DNA of 64,000 nt from a virus. Its lineage: Duplodnaviria > Heunggongvirae > Uroviricota > Caudoviricetes. The notes below the pieces were generated by a model, which searched no databases, was not told where the DNA came from, and saw only the letters and a program-made list of their open reading frames with translations. The position numbers and the translations under genes were made by a program. Location of the stretch: positions 109,064-173,063 of IMG/VR virus record IMGVR_UViG_3300031998_000001; one strand, 5' to 3'. Of this stretch, positions 27,521 to 36,468 are shown piece by piece (positions within the stretch are counted from its first letter, which is position 1; each line of letters opens with the position of its first letter).

Positions 27521-28315
27521 ATGATGACGGCTATGGAAATTAAGAAAACGGAAGATTTTTTAACGGGACGGACGGAAGCCAGCGCAGTCGCGGGGCTTGC
27601 TGGAAGCCCTGTGTATGAAAGTTCAATCAACAGGATAACGCACTGGATTGAAAATCACGAAATTGCCCTGATTACAGCATTCAGGGGTAAAAAGGAGAAC
27701 ATAGAGAATGCCGATGCCGTAAAGGATGACGGCAAGCCGATGGGCTACAGGTACACGCATAAGGAGAACAGGGAAAGAAACCGTGAACTTGGGGCGGCAC
27801 TGCTCGGTCTTGGGTACGGCATAACGAAGGTGGGCGGCGTTTATGTCGAGAACTTCGGTATGGACAACGCACGCCTTTCCGACGAGGAGACACTGCTTGT
27901 CGTCAACAAGGACGGCAGGGACGGGTTCTACGACAATATATTCAGGCTGTCCGAATACTACGACCAAGACTGCTTCTGCTACAAGCCGAAGGACGATAAT
28001 GTCGGATATAACATCGGGACGAACTCGTCGGACTATCCCGGCTATGGAAACCGTGTACGCAACGGCAAGTTTACGGTCGGTGTCAAGAATATGTTTATGA
28101 CAAGGCTTGGAAACAAGGGGTTTGCTTTCACGGATGCCGAAGACCTTGGCAGTTTCTCGACGACACACAAAACGAGAAAGGCGGAGCGTATTTCAAAGCG
28201 GACGGAGAGCGCGATTAACGAAGTGTTCGATTATTTTTCCGACTACGGTCTCGGAGGAAAGCAGTCTATCTGGAACATAGCGAACCCGATTATGAAAATC
28301 TTGGAGAAGAAGTAG
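27521..28315 (+). CDS. hypothetical protein
   Basis: Packed ORF. Confidence 0.55.
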   Translation: MMTAMEIKKTEDFLTGRTEASAVAGLAGSPVYESSINRITHWIENHEIALITAFRGKKENIENADAVKDDGKPMGYRYTHKENRERNRELGAALLGLGYGITKVGGVYVENFGMDNARLSDEETLLVVNKDGRDGFYDNIFRLSEYYDQDCFCYKPKDDNVGYNIGTNSSDYPGYGNRVRNGKFTVGVKNMFMTRLGNKGFAFTDAEDLGSFSTTHKTRKAERISKRTESAINEVFDYFSDYGLGGKQSIWNIANPIMKILEKK

Positions 28316-28370
28316 GGGGGCAACCGCTTGTAATGCGTAAGATAAAATATTCATTTAAAACATATCGAAA

Positions 28371-28673
28371 ATGATGACGAACGGACAGAAAATGGACAAG
28401 AAGAGAAATGTACTTGCGGACGAGGATATGCTCCGTATGGAACTGTTCCTCCGTGCGAGGGAGGAAGGAAGAATAGTGTGGCTCGCGAAGGACGGAAGGG
28501 TGATTGACATCCGCGATATGAGCACGAACTATGTGGCTAATGCGCTCAATATGCTACGCAGGAAGGCTGGCACGAAGCGTTATGCGGAGGTGTGTACTCT
28601 CGGTGGCATAGGGAGAATCGAGGAGCAACCGCCAGTTGCGGAATGTGATGCGACCGAAGCCGACATATACTGA
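28371..28673 (+). CDS. hypothetical protein
   Basis: ORF. Confidence 0.5.
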   Translation: MMTNGQKMDKKRNVLADEDMLRMELFLRAREEGRIVWLAKDGRVIDIRDMSTNYVANALNMLRRKAGTKRYAEVCTLGGIGRIEEQPPVAECDATEADIY

Positions 28674-28717
28674 CATAATAGTTATCCATAATTATATTGT
28701 TTTTGATTTTTTCTTTT

Positions 28718-28751
28718 CCGCCCCGACGCTCGCCGCGCTGGGGCGGTTTTG
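28718..28751 (+). terminator. rho-independent terminator
   Basis: CCGCCCCGACGCTCGCCGCGCTGGGGCGG followed by TTTTGCTT. Confidence 0.6.
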
Positions 28752-28800
28752 CTTCGATAGGCGGCAAGATATAAATAATGAATAATATAATGTTTTTGTT

Positions 28801-29589
28801 ATGAGAAGAATTTGCAAGCAGGAACTGCTCGAAATGGCGAAAGCGAAGGGGGGGGGTGATTGGACTGAACAGTACAACAAAGTATTGGTTGAGTCGATAA
28901 GCGATTTGAACCGCATCCGCGACTACCTTATCAATGATTGCGGTGTTGACAGCGAGTGCATAAATGAGATTCTCGCGAAGTCAGACGTGGGAGGCTATCC
29001 GACATTATCGTATAAAGAATGTCAAGTCCCAGTGAATACCCTCGCTAACATATCATATTCATATTATCTTGTCTATGGTTTCCAGAGGGGAGAATTAAAA
29101 GACTTATACAATATGATAGTCGATGCAGTCGGGTGCGAGAATATCCACGAACCGTATGACGATTATATGTTTTATCTCCATACGCCACAGGACATATTCA
29201 ATGAATCATATTCGGGTTCACAATATTGGAACAACTGCGATAATGTTTTCACGGAGATATTCCGCCACTCGTTCGGAATAGAGGAAGTGTACCTTGCCTT
29301 CCTTCTGTGTGATGAAGATTTGGAAACATTCTACGAATTTGTGGGCTACGGTGCAGAGCCAGAGCCGTCGCCCGAACCAGAGCCAGAGCCAGAGCCATCA
29401 GACCTTCCAGCCGACAGGCAGGTGCTCATAGGCGACCTGTACGGCACAACCAACCCGATAGGCAGAATGTATGAAATCCTTAAATCAGACGAGCCGATTG
29501 ACAAGGCTGAATTGAGGAAGTGTATAACCCAGTTGGATATGAGGTGCAAGGCGTTGTCTGCGGACTTCGAGAACATACTCAATATGTAG
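28801..29589 (+). CDS. hypothetical acidic protein with (PE)n linker
   Basis: GAEPEPSPEPEPEPEPSD linker. Confidence 0.55.
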   Translation: MRRICKQELLEMAKAKGGGDWTEQYNKVLVESISDLNRIRDYLINDCGVDSECINEILAKSDVGGYPTLSYKECQVPVNTLANISYSYYLVYGFQRGELKDLYNMIVDAVGCENIHEPYDDYMFYLHTPQDIFNESYSGSQYWNNCDNVFTEIFRHSFGIEEVYLAFLLCDEDLETFYEFVGYGAEPEPSPEPEPEPEPSDLPADRQVLIGDLYGTTNPIGRMYEILKSDEPIDKAELRKCITQLDMRCKALSADFENILNM

Positions 29590-29612
29590 TGCCATATTCA
29601 AGTCAATATGTG

Positions 29613-29647
29613 GAAGCCCGAAAAACATTCGGGCTTTTTTATTTTTT
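29613..29647 (+). terminator. rho-independent terminator
   Basis: GAAGCCCGAAAAACATTCGGGCTTTTTTATTTTTT. Confidence 0.65.
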
Positions 29648-29709
29648 CTGAAATTATTATTTATTGACTATATATTAGTGTTGGAAAGGAAACATTAAAC
29701 TTAAAGACT
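29641..29709 (+). promoter_or_regulatory. conserved promoter/5'-UTR cassette, copy f
   Basis: TTTTTTCTGAAATTATTATTTATTGACTATATATTAGTGTTGGAAAGGAAACATTAAACTTAAAGACT, then ATG. Confidence 0.6.
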
Positions 29710-30006
29710 ATGAATACTACAGAAAAGAGAAACAGGGACGAGGTTATCAGGCTTATCCAGAGGGAGGAAAGCACAATAAAGGAATACAAGAGGCATCTCA
29801 AGGCTACGCACAAGTCGCACGACGAGTACGAGAAGATGCTGGTGGAAGTTCCGAAGGAGGTGTTCGGCGACAAGTATGACGAGATTGCCAGACTTGTGAA
29901 GGAGGACGCGGATTTGGTCAGCCAGATGGACACTAAACTCTCGGAGATGGAGAAGGCACTGGACGAGTTGAAGGCTTCAGTCGGGGACGAGGGCAACTGC
30001 AATTAA
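29710..30006 (+). CDS. coiled-coil protein
   Basis: ORF after the cassette. Confidence 0.5.
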   Translation: MNTTEKRNRDEVIRLIQREESTIKEYKRHLKATHKSHDEYEKMLVEVPKEVFGDKYDEIARLVKEDADLVSQMDTKLSEMEKALDELKASVGDEGNCN

Positions 30007-30024
30007 AATCAGGAGGGACTGGTT

Positions 30025-30822
30025 ATGGATAACAACAGCACGATATTCCCAGAGAGACTCTACAAGCACCGCTACTGCGCGGGCGATGCCGAGTATGTCC
30101 ACATCGAGGGCGACATATACGAGGACACGACCTGCTCACACTACGGGGGCAAGTGCCGTATCCGCGTGAAGAAGGTTGACGACCATTTCGAGTTTGTTGA
30201 GACGGCTAATAAAATTGCGAATGAGTATGTGTACTTCCACAGGTACGCGAAGGGGGACACCCACTACTTGACAAGCAAGACCCGCGTTTCGTTGCTTACC
30301 AACGAAAGCACAATAGAATCATACCGCAAGGAAGTAGAGAGTGCGAAAGCCGAACTCGCGAGCGCAGAGAAGTGCCTCGCCGTCTGCACGAAGCCAGAGA
30401 AACTCAACAACCAGAGCCTTGACGGGCTTGACTTCGGAAGCACGGTCTATGTGGTTGACGAGAACAAGAAGGTGTGCCAGCAGAAGGTCGAGTACAAGCG
30501 GTTCAGCAAGAACGGCATAGAGGACATCGAGACACCCGCGTACTATATCAGCAGGGACAAGGACAACAAGAAACGCCTCCGTGCGATATGCAAGTTCAAC
30601 AATGGGTATGACGAGGAGGGGTATGATGAGACGGAGTATGATGCTTTCACCTCATTGGATGACGCAAACAACTACCTCCTCGACACGAGTTACGAATATT
30701 TCAAGAAGAAGGTTGACGAGTGGAAGAATAAACTGGCGAAGGTCGAGACCTCGCTCGCCAATGCGCTTGCACGCAAGGCAGACCTCGAAAGGATTTTGAA
30801 GGAGGAGGAAGCAAATTCATAA
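30025..30822 (+). CDS. hypothetical protein
   Basis: ORF. Confidence 0.55.
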   Translation: MDNNSTIFPERLYKHRYCAGDAEYVHIEGDIYEDTTCSHYGGKCRIRVKKVDDHFEFVETANKIANEYVYFHRYAKGDTHYLTSKTRVSLLTNESTIESYRKEVESAKAELASAEKCLAVCTKPEKLNNQSLDGLDFGSTVYVVDENKKVCQQKVEYKRFSKNGIEDIETPAYYISRDKDNKKRLRAICKFNNGYDEEGYDETEYDAFTSLDDANNYLLDTSYEYFKKKVDEWKNKLAKVETSLANALARKADLERILKEEEANS

Positions 30823-30826
30823 CGCT

Positions 30827-31180
30827 ATGGAAACGATAGACGGCAAGACATACTATACGACCGATGAGGTTGCCGAGATGATGAGGCGGCACATTGCGGA
30901 GGAGTCGGAACGCAAGGACTGGTATATGTCCTTTCCAGAAGGCTCGGAGCAGAGGAACTTGATGGAAAGGCGCAACAAGGCACTCAACGACTACTTCTAT
31001 GTTCAGGCTCGGACTTCGGAGGTCGCCCTGCTCTATGAAACGGGGCTTGTTACAAGGGAACTTACCCCGCAGGAGCAGAAGGAGTATGAACGCTATATGT
31101 CTATGAAGGAGGCATACTACAAACTCAATGCGGAGTATGAGGAGATGCACCGCAGGGCAACACAAATTGACGAAAAATAA
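30827..31180 (+). CDS. hypothetical protein
   Basis: ORF. Confidence 0.5.
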   Translation: METIDGKTYYTTDEVAEMMRRHIAEESERKDWYMSFPEGSEQRNLMERRNKALNDYFYVQARTSEVALLYETGLVTRELTPQEQKEYERYMSMKEAYYKLNAEYEEMHRRATQIDEK

Positions 31181-31207
31181 TTGTATAACATATAAAATAT
31201 CAGGAAG

Positions 31208-31543
31208 ATGAAAGAGTTGATAGAAGCATTGCAGTATTTGCTCAAGTTTATAAAGAACCCAGAGGAGAACCTTGTGGCTTGCGAGCACGACATTATGCGT
31301 ATCTGGGATGTCGATGTGAAGTCGATGACGCTCGAAGATGTGAAGAAACTTTATGCTTTCGGCTTCTATGTCGGGGACATCGAGTATGACGACTATCACT
31401 TCTGGGACAAGGACGGCAAGCGCACCGACAGGGAGTTCGATGTTTCCCCCTATGCCGATGATGAGATGACCGAAGCCGACTGGGAGGCGATAAAAGACGA
31501 ACTTTCCGAATGCGTGTCGAGTTACCGCTACGGGAGTTGCTGA
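31208..31543 (+). CDS. hypothetical acidic protein
   Basis: ORF. Confidence 0.5.
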   Translation: MKELIEALQYLLKFIKNPEENLVACEHDIMRIWDVDVKSMTLEDVKKLYAFGFYVGDIEYDDYHFWDKDGKRTDREFDVSPYADDEMTEADWEAIKDELSECVSSYRYGSC

Positions 31544-31598
31544 CCGAATGTGAAAATTTAACGAATAAATAATAGTCAAACTTAAAATTCAAATTAGT

Positions 31599-32435
31599 AT
31601 GGAAAAAAGAACAAAAGTAATCGTAGGCGTAATAATCGCCGCATTGTTTATGTTAGTTATGTGCTTTGTAACCCGCTGCTCGAAGGTCGATACGGCGGAG
31701 GTCGGCATCAAGTTCAACAAGTTGAGCCTCACCGAGCAGGGGACGCTCGACGCGACAATAGTTTCGGGCTACACTTGGTACTGCCCGATAACGACAGACC
31801 TGCACACATACCCGACATTCGTGCAGAGAAAGAACTACCCGCCGTTTACCGTAAATACGAAGGATGCTGCCGAGTTCACTATGGACCCGAACATCGCATA
31901 CCAGATTAACCGAGACCGAGCGATAGACATATTCCAGAAATACCGCAAGGCACTTGAGGAGATAGAGGACGGGTATATGCTCACGGTCATAAAGGATGCG
32001 TACAGGATAACGGCAAACAGATATACATCCGACAGCATAATGGGAAACCGAGCAAGATTCGAGAGCGAGGTGCGGACAATGCTTGACACGGCACTCTCCA
32101 ACGAAGGCTTTATGGTGACGGAATTTACCTCCCAGATTACACCGCCAGCGTCCCTGCGTGCAATGATAGACTCGAAGAATGCAGCGATACAGTCGGCACT
32201 CAAAGCCGAAAATCAGGTGAAGGAGGCGGAAGCCAACGCCAAGATAGCCGTTGCAAAGGCGCAGGGGGAAGCGGAAGCCCTGAAGATAAAGGCTGACGGT
32301 GAGGCTTACTACAACCGAACCGTTGCTGCCTCGTTGAACCAGATACTCGTCCAGCAGTATGCGATAGAGAAGTGGAACGGCGTGATGCCACAGGTCACTG
32401 GCACTGGCTCTATGCCAATGATTGACCTCAAATAG
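31599..32435 (+). CDS. SPFH/band-7 (HflK/C- or prohibitin-like) membrane protein
   Basis: N-terminal TM helix VIVGVIIAALFMLVMCFV. SPFH-like core. C-terminal AENQVKEAEANAKIAVAKAQGEAEALKIKADGEA helix typical of HflK/C. Confidence 0.6.
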   Translation: MEKRTKVIVGVIIAALFMLVMCFVTRCSKVDTAEVGIKFNKLSLTEQGTLDATIVSGYTWYCPITTDLHTYPTFVQRKNYPPFTVNTKDAAEFTMDPNIAYQINRDRAIDIFQKYRKALEEIEDGYMLTVIKDAYRITANRYTSDSIMGNRARFESEVRTMLDTALSNEGFMVTEFTSQITPPASLRAMIDSKNAAIQSALKAENQVKEAEANAKIAVAKAQGEAEALKIKADGEAYYNRTVAASLNQILVQQYAIEKWNGVMPQVTGTGSMPMIDLK

Positions 32436-32484
32436 TTTCTTACGCAATCTGTAAATCTCATATTTAATTTTATTCATTGATTTG

Positions 32485-32520
32485 TCCCCTGCGTATTGTA
32501 CTGCGCGGGGGATTTTTTTT
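32485..32520 (+). terminator. rho-independent terminator
   Basis: TCCCCTGCGTATTGTACTGCGCGGGGGA followed by T8. Confidence 0.65.
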
Positions 32521-32582
32521 CTGAAATTCCTATTTATTAACTATATATTAGTGTTGGAAAGGAAACATTAAAACTTAAAGAT
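32513..32582 (+). promoter_or_regulatory. conserved promoter/5'-UTR cassette, copy g
   Basis: TTTTTTTTCTGAAATTCCTATTTATTAACTATATATTAGTGTTGGAAAGGAAACATTAAAACTTAAAGAT, then ATG. Confidence 0.6.
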
Positions 32583-33035
32583 ATGGCGAAACCGAACTGC
32601 ATAAAGATAGGCGACACGCTCGAATGCGACAGGGTGGTGGTGAAGCGCACGGACTGCAACGGCAGGGACTTGGGTGAAGTCAGGACGCTGGACGGGAGGG
32701 ACTTTATGTGCTACCCAGTGGAGCATCACCCGTTCACGGTAACATTCGTGGAGGACAAGAGATACGACTTGGAGAAGTGCGTGGAGATTGCCAAGAAAAC
32801 AAGGAAGGACAAGCGTGGCGAGAAGATACTCGCCGTAGGCGTAGCCACCGACTTTATGCCGAAGGAGGGCAGGTATGTGCGGGCGATGTGCGTGAGCGCG
32901 GAGGAGGTGCTCGACAGGGACTTGCTCGAAAGCCACATAAACGAGAAACCGCAGACTATGTGGTTTCGCACATACGGTATGTGCTCGGACACGGAGGACA
33001 TCCCCCGCTGCCCAGCACCAGCAAGCAACATTTAA
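32583..33035 (+). CDS. hypothetical protein
   Basis: ORF after the cassette. Confidence 0.5.
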   Translation: MAKPNCIKIGDTLECDRVVVKRTDCNGRDLGEVRTLDGRDFMCYPVEHHPFTVTFVEDKRYDLEKCVEIAKKTRKDKRGEKILAVGVATDFMPKEGRYVRAMCVSAEEVLDRDLLESHINEKPQTMWFRTYGMCSDTEDIPRCPAPASNI

Positions 33036-33046
33036 ACATAAAGGAT

Positions 33047-33472
33047 ATGAATGAAGAACTAAAATTCGATGAGGTGTTGAGGACGGTGTTCGGGGATATG
33101 GACGACCTGCTCCGCAACATAGACGGGCACGCATACAAGACTAACCTGTGGGTGCGCGAGTTCATAACTGACGGGGGCTGTGGCGTGTATGTCCTTGCGA
33201 ACTCATACGAAGCCTGCGGGCATACAATCATCTACAAGTATGTGTTCCCAGAGAACAGCGTGAAGGCTGTCCTTGACAGCACGGTTAAATGCGCGGACGA
33301 ACGCCATTTCAGCGACCTGCCGTATGAAACGGTCGGTGAGATGTATGTCAGTTCCATAAGGGACGGCTGGAAGGCGAAGGAAGCCGTGCTTAAAGTCCAC
33401 GAGGCTGAATTTGAACACCTGCTTCAGGACGCACAGGTGGAAATGTTAAGCAAGATGACATCCAAATTGTAA
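33047..33472 (+). CDS. hypothetical protein
   Basis: ATG MNEELKFDEV, in-frame with the tail of track ORF 32708. Confidence 0.5.
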   Translation: MNEELKFDEVLRTVFGDMDDLLRNIDGHAYKTNLWVREFITDGGCGVYVLANSYEACGHTIIYKYVFPENSVKAVLDSTVKCADERHFSDLPYETVGEMYVSSIRDGWKAKEAVLKVHEAEFEHLLQDAQVEMLSKMTSKL

Positions 33473-33477
33473 CGGCT

Positions 33478-33825
33478 ATGGACGAAAAGACAAAAAGGGA
33501 ATATATCGAAAGTTGCATAGACGACTTTCTCGAAGCGAAGAAGAAGAGTATGTGCGAACTTACCACGCAGGACATCGTTGAACTCTGCGGGGAGTTCCTC
33601 GATACGGTCATATTCAAGGATATGTCGCACATTGGCGTTGAGGGCGTATTCACTTGGAAACTGGGGTGCGTGCTTGACGCATTATCGAAGGCTGGTCAGC
33701 AGGGTGAGTATATGATAAGCAGGACGCACGAAGACCTTGACGACTTTCTGTTTTTCTCGGACAAGTTCTTCGGGCTTCATTTCGAGGACGGGCTTATGGT
33801 TGAATCAAAGGAAAAGGAGGAATAG
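33478..33825 (+). CDS. hypothetical protein
   Basis: ORF. Confidence 0.5.
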   Translation: MDEKTKREYIESCIDDFLEAKKKSMCELTTQDIVELCGEFLDTVIFKDMSHIGVEGVFTWKLGCVLDALSKAGQQGEYMISRTHEDLDDFLFFSDKFFGLHFEDGLMVESKEKEE

Positions 33826-33827
33826 GT

Positions 33828-34346
33828 ATGAAGTATAACGGGCACGACATCGCGGACAACGAGTTCCACTCCGAACTTGCATCCTCGCTGGTCGTTTCGG
33901 ACGGTTGCTGTATGGGAACGGAGGCGATTGAAAAGTTGTTCTCGGACGGCAGGGAGTATATCAGGCAGCACACGGAGGCTGGCAACAGGTATTCGGACAG
34001 GATGGACTTCCTGTGCAACATAAGGTCGGGCGATTCCGAATGGAGGGACGAGGGCGATATGGTCGAGATTTCGCTCATCGCCGAGAGGTACGAGACCGAA
34101 CTCGAAAGGGAAACCCGCATAGGCAGGGAGAAGGAATACTGGGACAGGGTTGATGCCAAGAAGCCCGACTACGAGGCGATGCGCAGGGCTGAAAGAAAGA
34201 TGATTGCGACAATGCGCAACGGGGACGAACTGTTCTGCCGATACGAGTACGAGCGCGAGATTATGAAGAAGAACGGGTGTACGAACATACCCTCGTTCAA
34301 CAAGTGGAAGAAGTGCAACGGGATAATTGAACAACCAAAAATTTAG
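33828..34346 (+). CDS. hypothetical protein
   Basis: ORF. Confidence 0.5.
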   Translation: MKYNGHDIADNEFHSELASSLVVSDGCCMGTEAIEKLFSDGREYIRQHTEAGNRYSDRMDFLCNIRSGDSEWRDEGDMVEISLIAERYETELERETRIGREKEYWDRVDAKKPDYEAMRRAERKMIATMRNGDELFCRYEYEREIMKKNGCTNIPSFNKWKKCNGIIEQPKI

Positions 34347-34351
34347 GAATT

Positions 34352-34735
34352 ATGAAGATATACAGCGGACAGGTTTGCTTGGGCGTATGCGGTACGCCGA
34401 CGAACCTTTATGACGACTATTGCAGTTACGAGGAAACGGACGGCGACGAAAACCTTGAGTTGAAGCCGATACCAAACCTGTTTGTCGGGGACATCGTGGT
34501 TGCGGTAACAACGGACACACTCACGAACAAGATTGAAAACATCAGCGGACTGTGCGTGGTCGTTGAAGATATGGACAGCGGAAAGCCGTTTGTGATGGGG
34601 CTGAAGTCGATAGACTTCTCGACGGAGAACGACGGGCGCAGCAAGTGGCTGATAAGAAAAGTCAAGGGCTGGGAGAATTGCATCCACGGCGAAATGGTAA
34701 CGGACAACGGACGAATGGTTTACAGGAACGAATAA
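34352..34735 (+). CDS. hypothetical protein
   Basis: ORF. Confidence 0.5.
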   Translation: MKIYSGQVCLGVCGTPTNLYDDYCSYEETDGDENLELKPIPNLFVGDIVVAVTTDTLTNKIENISGLCVVVEDMDSGKPFVMGLKSIDFSTENDGRSKWLIRKVKGWENCIHGEMVTDNGRMVYRNE

Positions 34736-34750
34736 TAAAGGCAGGGGATT

Positions 34751-35107
34751 ATGTTAGGCAGATTATTGAGATGGCTGCACTCCAATATGGAGTTCAGGAT
34801 ACGAGAGGAAAGACGGGGCAATTATGTGCTGTACTACCCGCAGGTCAGGGGCGGACTGCTCGGCAGGCTTGGCGTATGGAGATACTTCCACCCGATTGGA
34901 TTTAACAACAATAGATATACGATATGGGCGAAGAGCAGCATCGTAAAGGACTTTCCGTACAGGTCGGAGTTCAAGGACTTCGCGGAGGAGTCAATCGACA
35001 AGTTCGTCAAGTCATTGATACCGCTGGGGATGCCCAGATATGAGAAGAAGAGAGTTTCCTACAAGTACCGCACGGTCGGTTCGGACGGAACGGTAAGGTA
35101 CATTTAA
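34751..35107 (+). CDS. GLLG-motif family protein, member 3
   Basis: YYPQVRGGLLGRLGVWRYFH. Confidence 0.55.
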   Translation: MLGRLLRWLHSNMEFRIREERRGNYVLYYPQVRGGLLGRLGVWRYFHPIGFNNNRYTIWAKSSIVKDFPYRSEFKDFAEESIDKFVKSLIPLGMPRYEKKRVSYKYRTVGSDGTVRYI

Positions 35108-35120
35108 AGGCATAGCAGTT

Positions 35121-35999
35121 ATGGTGCATATCAAGAGAACGAACGAGATGGCTGGTTTCCAGCCAAGACACATAAAGGTTGATGACTTTTTTGACATCAG
35201 TTCAATATCCCGCAAGGACATCACATCAATATCGACGGACTTGCGCGTGTTTTTTCAAGTCAAATTATTTGACTCGAATATTGATTACTCCGACGGCGAG
35301 CATATCAACGAAAGCGTCGAAAGGACACTAACCATAAGCGAAATCAAAAGAGAGTTGAGGAAACTCAAGTTCAAGAGGTGGCAGATTTCATCAGAAATGG
35401 GTCAAAACGGAAACAGGATAGCCATCCTGTATGCGGACATAGCGATGAACACCGACATAATCAGCCAGAAGATGGAATCGTTCGGGTGGGAATGTGCGGA
35501 TATTTCCGATGCGATGGAAATATACGGCGTTATGTGCCGAGTTATGACATTCGACCCGTCGTATCCGCAGGAAATATCGGACTATGTGTTCGGATGCAGA
35601 TATATTTATCATTGGACACCGAAGGCAAGGGTTGCATCTATTCTTTCGGACGGCATAGAACCACGTAGCGAAAATGAATACTTGAAGTTCAAGCCCAAGG
35701 TGCATCTGATGAAAGAGAATGTCACGAAACGAGTTGCTTCAAATCTCGGATGGCAGTTATACAATAGGAAATCGGAATCGAATGAGGGTGAATACTGCCT
35801 GTTGAGAATAGCCGTGAACAAGATACCCAGCAATGTCAAGTTTTATGGAGATACGAGATGCGGTTGCGGAATTACCACGAAATGTACGATACCGCCCGAA
35901 GCGATAACGATATTCGGGAAGATAGAATACAGGGACAAGCAGAAATATCACAACGAGAAGATTATAGTGCTCGTGGATGACGATACAATGAACCAATAG
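35121..35999 (+). CDS. protein with divergent Tpt1/ADP-ribosyltransferase-fold C-terminal domain
   Basis: The C-terminal 100 aa align motif by motif with the window's Tpt1 gene (11936). IYHWTPKARVASILSDGI matches LYHGTAARFVDQILREGI. KVHLM matches YVHLS. KFYGD...ITT..IPPEAI matches KFYLSNNGVWLTEYVPTRYL. Confidence 0.4.
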   Translation: MVHIKRTNEMAGFQPRHIKVDDFFDISSISRKDITSISTDLRVFFQVKLFDSNIDYSDGEHINESVERTLTISEIKRELRKLKFKRWQISSEMGQNGNRIAILYADIAMNTDIISQKMESFGWECADISDAMEIYGVMCRVMTFDPSYPQEISDYVFGCRYIYHWTPKARVASILSDGIEPRSENEYLKFKPKVHLMKENVTKRVASNLGWQLYNRKSESNEGEYCLLRIAVNKIPSNVKFYGDTRCGCGITTKCTIPPEAITIFGKIEYRDKQKYHNEKIIVLVDDDTMNQ

Positions 36000-36017
36000 A
36001 ACATAAAATCATAAGTT

Positions 36018-36467
36018 ATGGACGACGAAAGAAAGTATATGGACGACGAGAAGTCGATGGCTAACACGCTCCCGTTTGATGCGGAGCAAGCCAAGCAGGG
36101 AAAGCCCGTGTGTACAAAGGACGGACGACCAGTAAGAATATTGTGCTACGACAGGGACAATGACCTTCCGATAGTTGCACTCATAAGGGAGTGGGACGGG
36201 GAACAGAGCGTGGCGACATACACAATGGAAGGCGTTGCGGGGACTGGTGATGCTATGGACAACCTCGCGATAATCGGGGTGGTGTGCAAGGGCTACACGG
36301 CAGTCCTGAAGGACGCACCGTACAACCCAGAAAAGTTGCCCTGCTATAATGACAGGTGCGTGAACGGCTTGATATTCGATAAGCCCGAAGATGTCATCGA
36401 AACTATGAAGAAGTTGGAACTCGCCGATTTGCTTGTGGGAGTTGCCGAAACCAAATGGATTGAATAA
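36018..36467 (+). CDS. hypothetical protein
   Basis: ORF. Confidence 0.5.
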   Translation: MDDERKYMDDEKSMANTLPFDAEQAKQGKPVCTKDGRPVRILCYDRDNDLPIVALIREWDGEQSVATYTMEGVAGTGDAMDNLAIIGVVCKGYTAVLKDAPYNPEKLPCYNDRCVNGLIFDKPEDVIETMKKLELADLLVGVAETKWIE

Positions 36468-36468
36468 A

